A stretch of 54,803 nucleotides of DNA, filler included, from Dirinaria sp. TL-2023a (lineage: Eukaryota): the NCBI GenBank assembly GCA_051941275.1. It is 5 parts of 5 records of this genome, joined end to end, with 100 filler letters (N's around TTAATTAATTAA, not from the genome) between each part and the next. Parts side by side here need not be neighbours in the genome. Positions count along the whole stretch, not along the records: positions 32,988 to 43,846 come from JAVEBF010000899.1; positions 43,947 to 54,803 come from JAVEBF010000900.1; 3 more parts are not named here. One strand, given 5' to 3'. The translations under genes were made by a program, and so were the position numbers. The notes beneath the pieces were generated by a model. That model ran no database searches and was not told the DNA's origin. It was given only the letters and a program-made list of their open reading frames with translations. How positions within the stretch are numbered: position 1 is the first letter of the stretch; each line of letters starts with the position of its first letter. Of the stretch, positions 37,669 through 48,624 are shown piece after piece.

Positions 37669-38819
37669 CTAGAAATTGGGATCCAACTTGTTCGCAGTGT
37701 CCGTGTGATGCTCGCCTCCATGGACAAGGTCGTCAACAGCTCCCTCAGCGCGCCTCAGACCGCTCTGGCCACCTCGGCTGTCGTACTCGCCTCCGCCAAT
37801 CCCGGTAGTCGAGCTGTCATTACCGTAGCCCGACCCCAATCCGGAAGAAGAATTATCGTATCGGGAACCCGTCCCACTGCCGGTGGTATCGTCATAACCC
37901 CCGCCCAAGCCTGAACGGTCGGAACCGATCCCAGATCCCAATCCCCTGGAGCCGGTGTTGTCATCGTATCTGCTGTCTGTGCCCCCACGGCTTGAAGAGG
38001 TTGTGTCGCCGTAGTCAGAGCCGATGCCCCCGCGTTCGGAGGAACCGGTGTCGTCGAGTCCTGAACCAATGCCGGTTCGGGAAGTGGTGTCGCCATAGCC
38101 CGAGGCGCCTGTGGCCCCACGACCAGACGAGACGTTGTCGTCGTAGCCAGATGAGCCCACTCCAGAGCCCATGTTGGTCCGATCACGGCCTGAGGAGGTG
38201 GTATCACCGTAACCGGAACCGCCCAGATCAGAGTCGATGTTCCGACGACCTGAAGGAGTATTGTCGTCGTAGGTCGACGAGCCAAAGCCGGTCCCAGCAC
38301 TTCCACGGCCTGAAGTAGTGTTGTCGTAGCCAGAGGAACCAGTCCCGGAGCCAATGCTCCCGCGGCCAGAGGAAGTATTGTCATCGTAGGTCGACGAGCC
38401 AATGCCCCCGCGGCCAGAGGAAGTGGTGTCATCGTAGCCAGACGAGCCAGTGCCGGAGCCAATGCCCCCACGGCCAGAGGAAGTGGTATCGTCATAGCCA
38501 GACGAACCAGTGCCGGAGCCAATCCCTCCGCGGCCAGAGGAAGTGGTGTTGTCGTAGCCCGAGCTACCGGAGTAGCCACCGCCTAGACGGCCAGTGTTGT
38601 CGGCGTCGGTATTCGTGAAGCCAGCATTGCTATCGCCACGGATGCCTTCAGCACCTTCATAGTCGCCTGTTCCATATTCTAAATCCTGTGTCAGTGGAGG
38701 TGGCAAGGCAATTGAAGTGGAACTGAGATACCATTGGAACCCTGATTGGCAGCTCGTGCTGACGGGGTGTTCTTCTCACCCGTGAGGGCGTCTTTGACTT
38801 TGTGCATCACTCCAGACAT
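37669..38819 (-). CDS. Gly/Ser/Thr/Asp-rich hydrophilin, fungal dehydrin-like; intron 38679-38731
   Basis: MSGVMHKVKDALTG N-terminus, tandem SSGYDDTTSSGRGGIGSGTG repeats, and C-terminal HHTDTANKLDP resembling the fungal dehydrin DPR motif. Confidence 0.8.
37790..38575 (-). repeat. Coding tandem repeat (about 60-nt / 20-aa unit, degenerating toward the 3' end)
   Basis: Repeated ccagaggaagtggtgtcatcgtagccagacgagccagtgccggagccaatgccccc-type units at 38290-38570. Confidence 0.9.
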
Positions 38820-39756
38820 GTTGGAGGAAGATGAGATAGTGGTGAAGTATGAGTAGGGGAATAGTAATGGACTTTTCACTGGTGGGTTAGATGATTGACT
38901 TGAGAGAAAGAAGAATGGATATTGAGTGGAAGAATTGAGGAGAGCAAAAAGAGGAGATGGTTGGGTCTTTAATAGACAGACTTGCCTTCCTGACACGAAA
39001 CTTGGCGGCAGCTCGGGGCAGGTACAAGTCGTACCTGACGTACTCCGTACTTTCCCTGTTTTTACCCCACAATCACCCCGCGCTACCTTAGGGTAGTGGC
39101 GGTGCGCTGCTGCACCGCCACATATCGAATTCTTGAATCGCTACCTAAGGTACCAGCATCGCAAAAAGGACTGGTTCTACAAGAGGCACGTATTGGCAGA
39201 TCCCGTGGCTCTCGACTGCCGGTTTTTGTACTGAATGTCCAAGTATTCTTGCAAGTACTGTAGCACTGCCGCCACAACACGCTACTCTACTGGCACAATA
39301 ACCCTCCCAACTAGGTAGGTAAGGTACTTTAGGTACTCCTTTCCAATCACATGATCATGCATCCGACCCCCTTGATGCCTCCGAATCAAGTATATCCATT
39401 ATTTCGCTATTCTAGGGTGCGAATTTCAAGCAAACACGGTTTAATGAAGTGACGACTGGACTGATTGACTCCGAAAGTACTGCTGTCAAATGGGCAATCC
39501 GTCAATGTTTAAAGATGCTAGGGGAAAACCAATGAGAGCGGTATTGCTAGATGAAAATGAATCGTGAGAAGGGACCCTTGGCGGTAGATTGGAGCTTAGG
39601 TAAATTGTAGGACTCAGAGTGCTAAGGGAGTCTTACCTAAGGTACCTTAAGGTATGATGTAGCAGGACGGTACCTTATTCCTTACGTCCATGCGATATGC
39701 GCAGTAAGGTATAGGTACTATGGAAAGTACTCCCCGAAAACCTCGACCGAGAAGAA

Positions 39757-40557
39757 TCAAGCACTACCACCCCACCGCAGGTTGCTGATTGTTCCCGCGT
39801 TGTGGCCAAGCTGTAATCCCGAGTTGTGACTGCCCGAGAAGACTATATTGGGCGTTGGAGCCTTCTGACCCATAGCTTTCACGACAGCCTCTTCCAGAAG
39901 CTTGTCCTGGCTCTTTGCCGCACCCTCTAGCATCGAGAGAGCTTCAATTCCATTCATGTCAGCCACCTGAGCCACCTCAGCGTTGCAGAGCTTTTTCTGC
40001 GATTCTTGAGCGGCCGGAAAGAGCTCAATCAAGTCGTTGACGAGACTCGTGATGTCCTCAATCAGTCTTTTGAAGTGTTTCTCCTCATACAGTGCCCATT
40101 TTGCCTTCTGTCGTAACCCTGTTTGGTTCTGGCGTTTGATCGATAGATCGCGCATTCGGTTGTGCAGAGACAAAGCGGTGGGCTCGAGGTCTGTCTGGTT
40201 ATCATGTACAAGCGACTCTTGCTTAGATCGTCCGGCTCGGGTTTTGAATTTGGTTGATATGCCTTCTGCATCAGCAAAAAGTTCCAGGATTTGACCCAAA
40301 ATCTCCTCGGCCTTTGTCACACTCTGTGCCGATCCTAGGACTTGAGGCAGAGACTGTGTATCTTCGAGCTCGCCACTCAGACCAACGGATTGACCCCACC
40401 GTGATAGGCGAAGTCTTGCGCCGTCGAGTTTGAGCAAGCCATTTTGATATCTCTGGCCGAAACTCCGACCAATTTGGACATATTCGAAACAGTCTACGGC
40501 GTTGTTGAAAAGACCAGCAACGGTTAGAACGCCGACAGTGAGGCCTGCGGGTTCCAT
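39757..40557 (-). CDS. HET-S-like HeLo-domain cell-death effector (266 aa, intronless) with a C-terminal PP-type amyloid signalling motif
   Basis: N-terminus MEPAGLTVGVLTVAGLFNNAVDCFEYVQIGRSFG..LKLDGARLRLSRWG closely matches HET-s/HET-S as I recall it. KWALYEEKHFKRLIEDITSLVNDLIELFP marks the HeLo end. Tail IVFSGSHNSGLQLGHNAGTI. Confidence 0.93.
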   Translation of the reverse strand: MEPAGLTVGVLTVAGLFNNAVDCFEYVQIGRSFGQRYQNGLLKLDGARLRLSRWGQSVGLSGELEDTQSLPQVLGSAQSVTKAEEILGQILELFADAEGISTKFKTRAGRSKQESLVHDNQTDLEPTALSLHNRMRDLSIKRQNQTGLRQKAKWALYEEKHFKRLIEDITSLVNDLIELFPAAQESQKKLCNAEVAQVADMNGIEALSMLEGAAKSQDKLLEEAVVKAMGQKAPTPNIVFSGSHNSGLQLGHNAGTISNLRWGGSA

Positions 40558-40822
40558 ACTGAAGGAAATGTCGAATTCGTCTTCAGATACAGGAGCAGAT
40601 AGTACAAGAGCCGGAAGTGCAAGATGTTGCTCTGATTCGGTACATGCACGAGGCGGGGCAAGGCTGTGCCCGATGCAGCGCCTGCTCGTACGACCTCCTA
40701 CTCGTGCAAGCACTACATTATATGATAGTCAGTGAAGACGGAAGTACCATGTTCACTTCTGAGATGACATTGCCTAGCTATTGCTACTAAGCGCTCGATC
40801 CTCAGTCTATCAGTCGCCATGA

Positions 40823-43393
40823 ATGGCGGAAAAAATCTCCAGCGCGGCATTCTCAGGCGACAGTAACCAAGGCTTCCAACTGGCGTACAACTCGGGCCGC
40901 GTCGATCTCAATTACCATGTTACGCAATCTGGTGTGTTCTGTCGTGTGCCGTTTTTGGAAACCGTGCTAACATTGGTCTGCTCCTGCCAGCGCAAAGACC
41001 CAGCTCTCGTCCTTGCTCCACCGTGCCGTTTCGGCGAGACAATGGCTTTGTCTATCGCGACACACTTGCTGAAATACATGCACGCTGTGCTCAGCCAGCC
41101 GCTCGAGTAGCACTTGCTGGCCTAGGTGGCGTCGGGTAGGAATTGGCTTAAAAAAGACGCCCGAGATGCAAGCTGATATATATGGTGAAGAAAGTCACAG
41201 CTGGCGATCGAGTACTCCTACCAAGTCAGAGACAGTTCATCCGAGACTTGGGTATTCTGGGTTCACGCGAGCAGCAAATCCAGAATCGAGGAGGGATACA
41301 GAAGAATTGCTGAAGCGACCAGACTCTCGGGATGGGATGATCCAAAAGCCGACATTCTGCAGCTTGTTCGTGCTTGGCTTTGTGATGAGTCGAATGGTAG
41401 ATGGCTTGTAATTGTTGATAATGCAGATGAGTTGAACGTGCTTTCCGATCTCTCTGGAGGTAGGCAGACGTGAAATTGACTATTGTTTAGAGAGACCCGA
41501 CAGCTAATGAGCCGCTAGATATTCTTCCAGAATCATCAAATGGGTCGATCCTAATCACGTCACGAAGCCGAGAGGCAGCGTTCGAGCTGATCGGTGAAGA
41601 CGAAAATATCATTACGATAGAGCCAATGAACGAAAGCTATGCTCTGGCACTCTTCCGAAAAAAGTTCAACGACCAATGTGATGACGACGACGTTTTGAAG
41701 CTGCTACGGAGTGTTGATTACATGCCGCTAGCGATCAGCCAAGCTGCAGCGTGCATTCGGCAAAGGAAGCCACGCATTACAGTCTCGAAGTACTTGCAAG
41801 ACTTTCAGCGCAGCGAGAAGGATAGAGAAAGCCTGTTGAACATAGCTGTACGAGATAGGCGTAGAGACGGCAAGGCATCAAATTCGATACTTGCTACCTG
41901 GCAGATATCGTTTGAATACATTCAGAAGACCCGGTCGTCGGCTGCCAGATTGCTCTCACTGATGAGCTTTTTCGATCGACAGGGGATTCCCGAGGAACTA
42001 ATTACTTCTCGATATGAGGAGAATGATGACTGTGTGAATTTCGAGGAGGATATTCAGATGCTGCGAAACTACTCCCTTGTCGCACTAGGCAAAGAGAATG
42101 ATGTTTTCGAGATGCACCGCCTCGTGCAGTTTGCAACAAGAAAATGGTTGGAACAGCATAAAAAGCTGGAGCGATGTGGAAATACTTATATCGCAATCAT
42201 GGCAGAAGCTTTTCCTTTTGGCAGGTATGAGAATTGGGAAAGATGTCGGATGTTGTTTCCACATGCAGAGTTAGTTATAGAGTATCGACCTATAGATGAG
42301 GTTTTCTTGCAACAGTGGGCAGAGGTCCTTACCAACGCTGCTGCATATGCGCATGGGCAGGGGAATTATGAAGAAGCAGAACAGATGCAACGACAAGCAT
42401 TGGATGCTCAGGAAAAGGTATTGGGAAAAGAGCATCCCGGCATTTTCTCATATGTCTCTAATTTAGCTCTATCACTCGGACATCTCAAAAAACACGAAGA
42501 AGCAGAGTCATTGCATCGACGAGCCCTGTATGGCTCTGAAAAGGTGCTGGGTAAAGAGCATCCTGGCACGTTACACAGCATTGGCGGTCTAGCAATTTTG
42601 CTCCGAGACCAGGGTAAATACGAAGAAGCAGAGCCGATGTTTCGACAGACACTGAACGGGTTGGAAAAGATGCTAAGGAAAAGAGCATCCTCACACCTCG
42701 AGAAGCGTTCACAATCTAGCAGTTGTGCTTGAAAATAGGAGTAAATATGAAGAAGCAGAGACGATGAGTCGACGAGCGATGTATGGCCGTGAAAACGTGC
42801 TAGGAAAAGAGCATCCCGACATATTGAAAAGCATTCAACTTCTAGCAATTGTGCTTCAACATCAGAGTAAATACGAAGAAGCAGAGGCGATGTGTCGACG
42901 AGCGATGTATGGCCGTGAAAATGTGCTAGGAAAAGAGCATCCCGACACATTGAAAAGCATTCAAAGTCTAGCGATTGTATTTCGAAATCAGAGTAAATAT
43001 GAAGAAGCAGAGACGATGAGTCGACGAGCGCTGTATGGTCGTGAAAAGGTGCTAGGAAAAGAGCATCCCGACACATTGCAAAGCGTTCAAAGTCTAGCAG
43101 TTGTGCTTCAAAATCAGAGTAAATATGGAGAAGCAGAGGCGATGAGCCGGCGAGCGCTGTATGGCCATGAAAAGATACAGGGGAAAGAGCATCCCAGCAC
43201 ATTGGCGAGCTTTTACTATTTAGCGTATCTACTGCATCGACAAAAAAAATATCAGATGGCTAAATCTTTATACGAAAGGGCGCTTGATGGCCTCAAGAAG
43301 ATATATCGACCAGATCATCCTGTAACCAAAGCATGCTCCGAGGAATATTCTTCTCTGCTACAGGAACTCGATCAAATCAAGACTCCTTCATGA
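40823..43393 (+). CDS. Fungal NLR: N-terminal PP-type amyloid motif + NB-ARC + TPR repeats; introns about 40932-40990, 41136-41190 and 41438-41490; +1 frameshift at about 42675
   Basis: FSGDSNQGFQLAYNSG N-terminus. STVPFRRDNGFV, Walker A GLGGVG|KSQLAIEY, FWVHAS, Walker B WLVIVDNADE, SILITSR, MPLAISQAA, MHRLVQ. 42-aa LGKEHPDTL TPR repeats follow. Confidence 0.92.
42350..43330 (+). repeat. 126-bp TPR-encoding tandem repeat array (about 8 units; those starting at 42740, 42866, 42992 and 43118 are near-identical)
   Basis: agtaaatatgaagaagcagag...ggaaaagagcatcccgac recurs every 126 nt. Confidence 0.93.
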
Positions 43394-43846
43394 ACCTGGA
43401 CGGCGCTACGCATTTTCAGACTTTCATTCTCGATCTTATGAAGGGTCTCTGCAGGTTTTTATGACTTATATAGATATATATATATCACTTAGCCTGATCA
43501 AAGAATGATCCGATTATAAGACAAACAGAAAAGCATATATCTCAGCTTGCTACTCGAATCTCCTGCAAAAACTATCCAAGTATATCAAACACCCACGTTC
43601 CCATCCACCCAGCAGAACCATCAAAATCTCCAGCCTTACCGAATAAAAACCCCAAACCTTATCCATCCCAAAAAAAAGATTTTCTCCTCGTCCCTACTTC
43701 TATTCCGGGGCTTTCCTTCCACAGCACTCTTACTTATTCATATAAAATAGCCAAAACAGGGGGGGTTGTGCTAGATTTTTGAGTAGATTAGTTAGAAAGA
43801 TGGTGAGGGATGAGGGATTTCGTTTTTATGTGCGGATTTATGAGAG

Positions 43847-43946
43847 NNNNNNNNNNNNNNNNNNNNNNNNNNNNNNNNNNNNNNNNNNNNTTAATTAATT
43901 AANNNNNNNNNNNNNNNNNNNNNNNNNNNNNNNNNNNNNNNNNNNN
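43847..43946. other. Artificial contig-joining spacer
   Basis: N44-TTAATTAATTAA-N44. Confidence 0.98.
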
Positions 43947-43947
43947 G

Positions 43948-44496
43948 TCCTCCACAACCCTAAAACAACTCTCCGAAAAATCGCCCACGAGCCTCAAAGT
44001 GGCGCTGCGCGCCCTGCAGCTCGGAAGGGGGTGGTCCATCACGGAGACGTTCCGGCGCGAAGCCCACCTCGCGGCGCGATTCATGGAGCACCCGGACTTC
44101 GTGCACGGCGTCTCCGCGCGCCTGATCCACAAGCCGGCCTCCACACCCGTCTGGCAACCCGCGAAAGTCGAAGATGTCCCCGACGCCGAGATCGAGCAGT
44201 GGTTCGATATGAGGGGCCAGGTCCGCATGCCGTTGCTGGCCCCGGGCGATTATCGGCAGTATCCCTACGGTGGTGGGTCGTTGGGCTTGCCGGGGGAGAG
44301 GGAGGTGCAAGAGGCGGTGCGGGCGAAGAAGTACAACAATCGGGTTGAACTGGTTCAGGCGATTGTGAAAGGCCGTGGCGGCAAAGCGGGGGTGAAGGAG
44401 AAGGTCGAGGATATACTTGCGAGGAAATGCTCCGTTGGGAAAAAGGGTATGCCGGTGTGGCAGGAGTCAGATTCCGAGCAGGAGGAGCAAGCCTGA
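43948..44496 (+). CDS. EHD3: 3-hydroxyisobutyryl-CoA hydrolase (Ehd3/HIBCH), C-terminal part; 5'-truncated by the contig start
   Basis: TLKQLSEKSPTSLKVALR...WSITETFRRE..ARFMEHPDFVHGVSARLI..P.WQP, DYRQYPY..GLP, KAGVKEKVEDILARK. Confidence 0.85.
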   Translation, partial: SSTTLKQLSEKSPTSLKVALRALQLGRGWSITETFRREAHLAARFMEHPDFVHGVSARLIHKPASTPVWQPAKVEDVPDAEIEQWFDMRGQVRMPLLAPGDYRQYPYGGGSLGLPGEREVQEAVRAKKYNNRVELVQAIVKGRGGKAGVKEKVEDILARKCSVGKKGMPVWQESDSEQEEQA

Positions 44497-44885
44497 GATG
44501 CATGTAGAATAACATATAATAAAACCATGTTGGAATTATCCTATTGGGTGTATCTTATGTGAAATTCCCTCATCGTTTCAGGCGTGGGGAAAGACACTCG
44601 ATGAAAATCATCGAATTGGAGCAGACTTTTGGACTATCGACTCAATGATGATGCAATCACCATAGTGGTATAAGGTAACATAAAATCTCGCCCGACAGTA
44701 GTCACTGTGACCATGCTTGTCGGCCCCCCGCTTCAACATATACACCATGCTCCTCTGACGCCCCCTTCCCATGTGGCTATACCGGGTCCCGAGAGCTATT
44801 CCGAGACGCCTTGCAATTTAAAGACGATTAAAAGGGAGTCAGGGTAATACACAAAGAATACCTTTCAGAATTGTAGCACGAAAAC

Positions 44886-46943
44886 CTAACCTTCCACAAG
44901 CGTCTGCCTTCCTCCGGACGGAGCGTGTGTTTCCCTGGCTCCTGACTGTGGCTCGGGACCATTGCCGAGCAGTTCCAGAGATCGTTTCGCAAGTGCGATA
45001 ACTTCTCCTTCTCCGTCCTCTCCATCCTCCTCGTCAGAGTCAATATTCTTCTCAGAGATATCTTTGATCATCTTGATAACATCATCGGCCTGCGAGACGA
45101 GATCAACGAGCTTTTTGTCTTCCGATTCGAGCAGTTGAAGCAACGTCCAGATAGCAATGTGCTGAAAAGTTGGATCACCGCTCGCCAGGAATCGATTCAT
45201 GTAGCCGTGAATACCGCCATTTGGCTCTGTCCAGTCCTTGATAAAGATTGAATAATCTCCAACTATTTTACCCATTAGTGTTGCATATCTTTAAATTACC
45301 AGTTCAAAGCCTACCTTTCGATGACAGGTTACCCAAAGCAGCGGCACTATTTCCTTGGACTTCGATCGATTCGGAATCAGTCAGCGGAATCAGAACATCA
45401 AAAACGCCCAGGTTTAGGAGGTGAGTCTTCAGCTCATCGCTTAATGCCAGTACTGCGATGGCAGCAGTCATTTCCGACTGTACGCTCAGCGGCACTTTGA
45501 GTACGAGTTCCTTGCATTTCTGCACGGCACCTGCCTCCAAGACCAGCTGCTTGTTGCGATCGGAGCTTGCTGCAAGATTGCGTAGGGTTGAGATAGCGTG
45601 ACACTGGATCTCCTCGTTGTCTGTAGAGCCTAAAAGCTCTACAAGAGGCTTCAAGAATCCAGCTTCGATAATAGGTGATTCATTCATAGGATGTATGGAG
45701 ATGTTACGGATACATGCCACAGCGGAGAGTATGAGGGGTAGATAGGATGATTGCAGGAGTCGAAGAAGAGGTGGCAGGCCCTTAGCTCGAACAATTTCTA
45801 GTTGGTATTTCTCGTCTGAAGCCAGATTTCGAAGGGCTAAGGCAGCCTGACATTGTACTTTTGGCGACGGCAGGTCTTGCTGCTTGTTGGAGCTTGAGTC
45901 CATCAAGTTTACCAGCGACTGGACTAGGCGAGATTCGGTCTGCGCGAGCTTCTTCCTGTTACCCGCGTCGACTGCAATGTTGCTAAGCGCCGTTGTACAG
46001 TAGTACTGGACATCCACATCAGGGGATGACAATAGTTGGACCAAGACAGGTATGGCTCCTGCATTAACGAGTTGCTGCCGATTCTCATCTGTGCTTGGTT
46101 ATTAAGACAATCTTTGGCGCTGCAATCCTCATCGCCTACCTGAGTGTGTCATGTTCAGCAGAGCTCCGGTTGCGTTCCTCTGCACTCTCATGTCCTTTGA
46201 CTTGGCCAGCTTCGTCAAAGGTGCCAGTGCTCCAGATCTCGCTATCTTGGCTTTATTCTCCTCGTGTGTTGCTAGGTTGGTGATACAGCCTACTGCGTTG
46301 CACTGAACCTCAACATTCTGCGAGTTCATTTGGCGTATTAGGGGCGAGAGGCCTCCAAGCCTAACAATTGCAACCTTGTTCTCGGCTAATGTCATATTAG
46401 TGTTCCATCTGCCAAACTGTTAGAGCCACATACTGTTCACGGCCAGGTTACCCAATGCTGCACTGGCCGCTCGCTGGACTTCCATGTCGGGGCTTGTCAG
46501 GAGGGATAGAATAGGCTCGAGGGTAGCAGGACCGACTTCACGAACATCTGAATAACCACGTCAGGCACGGAAAGTGGAAACGGCGTGGAAGACTCCTACC
46601 TCGCTCCGTAATCTCCGCGAATGTCAGGCTTGCGCTTCGTTGGAGGTCGACATTCTCCGAGTAGACCAAGATGCTGAGTGCTTGCAGCGGTGCACCAGAG
46701 AAGAAGTCGGTCTCGCCCCGCTAAGGCTCAGGTTGAGTAGGTGTTCTGTACAAGCTGTGAAGAGCACATACATTCTCCAGATATTGAAGCAAATCGGCCA
46801 CAGCCTCTCGTTCCGTGTCGGCCAATGCCGGCTCATAGAGTCCATCTCGAGGGCGGCCAAGGAGACCTTTAGGGGTGAGTAGGCTACTGTGAGAGTAAGT
46901 CGAGTCTTTACTCACCTCTGCAGCACGAGACGCAGACTCCCAT
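44886..46943 (-). CDS. VAC8: Vacuolar armadillo-repeat protein Vac8, multi-exon
   Basis: MGVCVSCC acylation N-terminus, [13 protein letters not shown], and ARM repeats ([62 protein letters not shown]). Confidence 0.96.
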
Positions 46944-48624
46944 GTCTCAGCTCGGGTGCCAAAGGGCACCGAAGACTGGACAGAGAGGCCTCAAAGGACT
47001 CCGTTTACGCTCACGGGAGCTATCTTTAGGTCCGGGACTGAAGATGAGGACCACAAGTATGCGAAGCCTGCTCAGTCCAAATGCAACGTAGAAAGCGTTG
47101 AGGGGGTAAAAAAAAGCTTACGAGTCGTGGGAGGTTGGAATTACAGTATCATGTGCATCGCTCGAGGTCTCGAATAGAGGAAGCAACGACGACGATCCCT
47201 GCCTCGCCGGGAATCTCCCCTCGCCTGCTCTGCACCTGGCCACGCCAAGCTTTTTGGTCGGCGGAAGGAGCTAGTGGGGGTGCCAAGGAGCTAAGGTAGG
47301 CGAATCTCACCTGCCGCTAACTCAGTGTGGTCGGGTATTTCTTAAGAGAGGTTCAGTAAGGTAGTAGTAGTAGTAGTGGCATAAGGGAATAATCAATATT
47401 CACTGTTGAACAAAGACGGGAGCGTCAATTTTGTTAGTCTCGAACTCGGGAAAGTCTATTCTAGCTCTTAATTGCAACGACATCTCTTGAAGCACGGGTT
47501 GTGCATCGGCTGCAGCAATCCTATCATTTTGGACTAATTTCAACATGTTGACAGAATCAGCAATTCTTATGGGCTTTCATACACAAATGGTGGCTTCCGA
47601 GGCAGCAAATCTAGCCAGAGACCTGGTCGTTCAAACGCTGGTATCATCGCTGCCTAGCGTGCCGCGGTAGACATGATATTGCTTTCAGTGACAAATGTTG
47701 CTCGAATTTTGCCGCCTAAAATGCTGGCTTGACTAGCTATGTCCAGACAGACCTCATGGCTTTCGGCCAAAGCCGTTCGACAAGCCATTGACTTCATGAA
47801 AGCAGTTTTCCATGGACTGGCGAGCTAAGATAATGCTTGGCTCAGACGACCTGACTTCACAGCACTGACCGTTCGGTCTTGCTCTTGGGTCATTAGTTCT
47901 CCGCTTCGACAGGACCACGAATTTCTTTACTTATCATAGCGAAACGATGGGTTTCAATCCCATGCTTTGTTGGTTCAAGACTCTCGTGACTGACTTTGAC
48001 GAACACTCGATGCGTTCCGTGCTTGATTACAACGACGAGAGTCGTGCTTATCATTCCTCGTCAGCCTTGCTCTAAGGTAGGTGAGCTTTCCCTGAGTAAG
48101 CACGGCAACATTCCGTCTGGTACGTGGCAGAAGCGCCTCATCCGGGGCCAGGGCATCGCACGCACGCAACCAGTGTCTGACCAATACTTGCTGGCAGTCA
48201 ATTGTACAATCTCAAGTCCAAGATTCGCGGCCTTCGCTCGCCGATGTGCGACGCAGACGGTTCTGCGTGGCGCACTGTTGGGCCTCATCGAAGTTGTGTG
48301 TATGGGGCCCTATCCATGTCGCCGGCAAATCAAAAAACACAGGCTGTTGCCGAAAGTCAGATGCGCCGGCTTACTGCTGCGGGTAGATTCAACCGTTCGT
48401 CTGTTGGTGCTGGCCCCCCGCAGACGCTAAATGGTGGGATTTTCAGCTTTGGCAATTCAGCTGCTGTTTGCTTTTAGGCATCTTCTCAAATGTACATTAT
48501 TGAAATTGCCTGATCTCAAAAAGGTCCTTAGGCTTCTGCATTCTTGGATATACTGATTTTAAGTCGTCTGTTTTCTAATTCCTCTATCATATCTACCACT
48601 TTCGGAAGCTCTAACGCTCTCACC

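Noticed and set aside
40558..40713. 52-aa N-terminal extension of the HeLo ORF in the ORF track
   Set aside because: It starts at a non-ATG codon. HeLo homology begins at MEP (40557), and the membrane-inserting helix is expected at the N-terminus.
41438..41490. Apparent stops and frame change just after Walker B of the NLR
   Set aside because: A plausible 53-nt phase-0 intron (GTGCTT...TTGAC...TTTAG) explains it, so I do not count it as a lesion.
42408..43202. 264-aa antisense ORF with repeats (and similar shadow ORFs at 37755-38579, 50494-51000 and 16188-16730)
   Set aside because: These are reverse-strand or alternate-frame shadows of repetitive or well-supported genes.
42350..43330. Regularly spaced repeats resembling a CRISPR array
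   Set aside because: They are 126-bp protein-coding TPR units in a eukaryotic gene, with no unique spacers.
47560..48430. Protein-like fragments with several stops between VAC8 and the vWA gene
   Set aside because: No recognisable family or consistent gene model; cannot be supported without a search.
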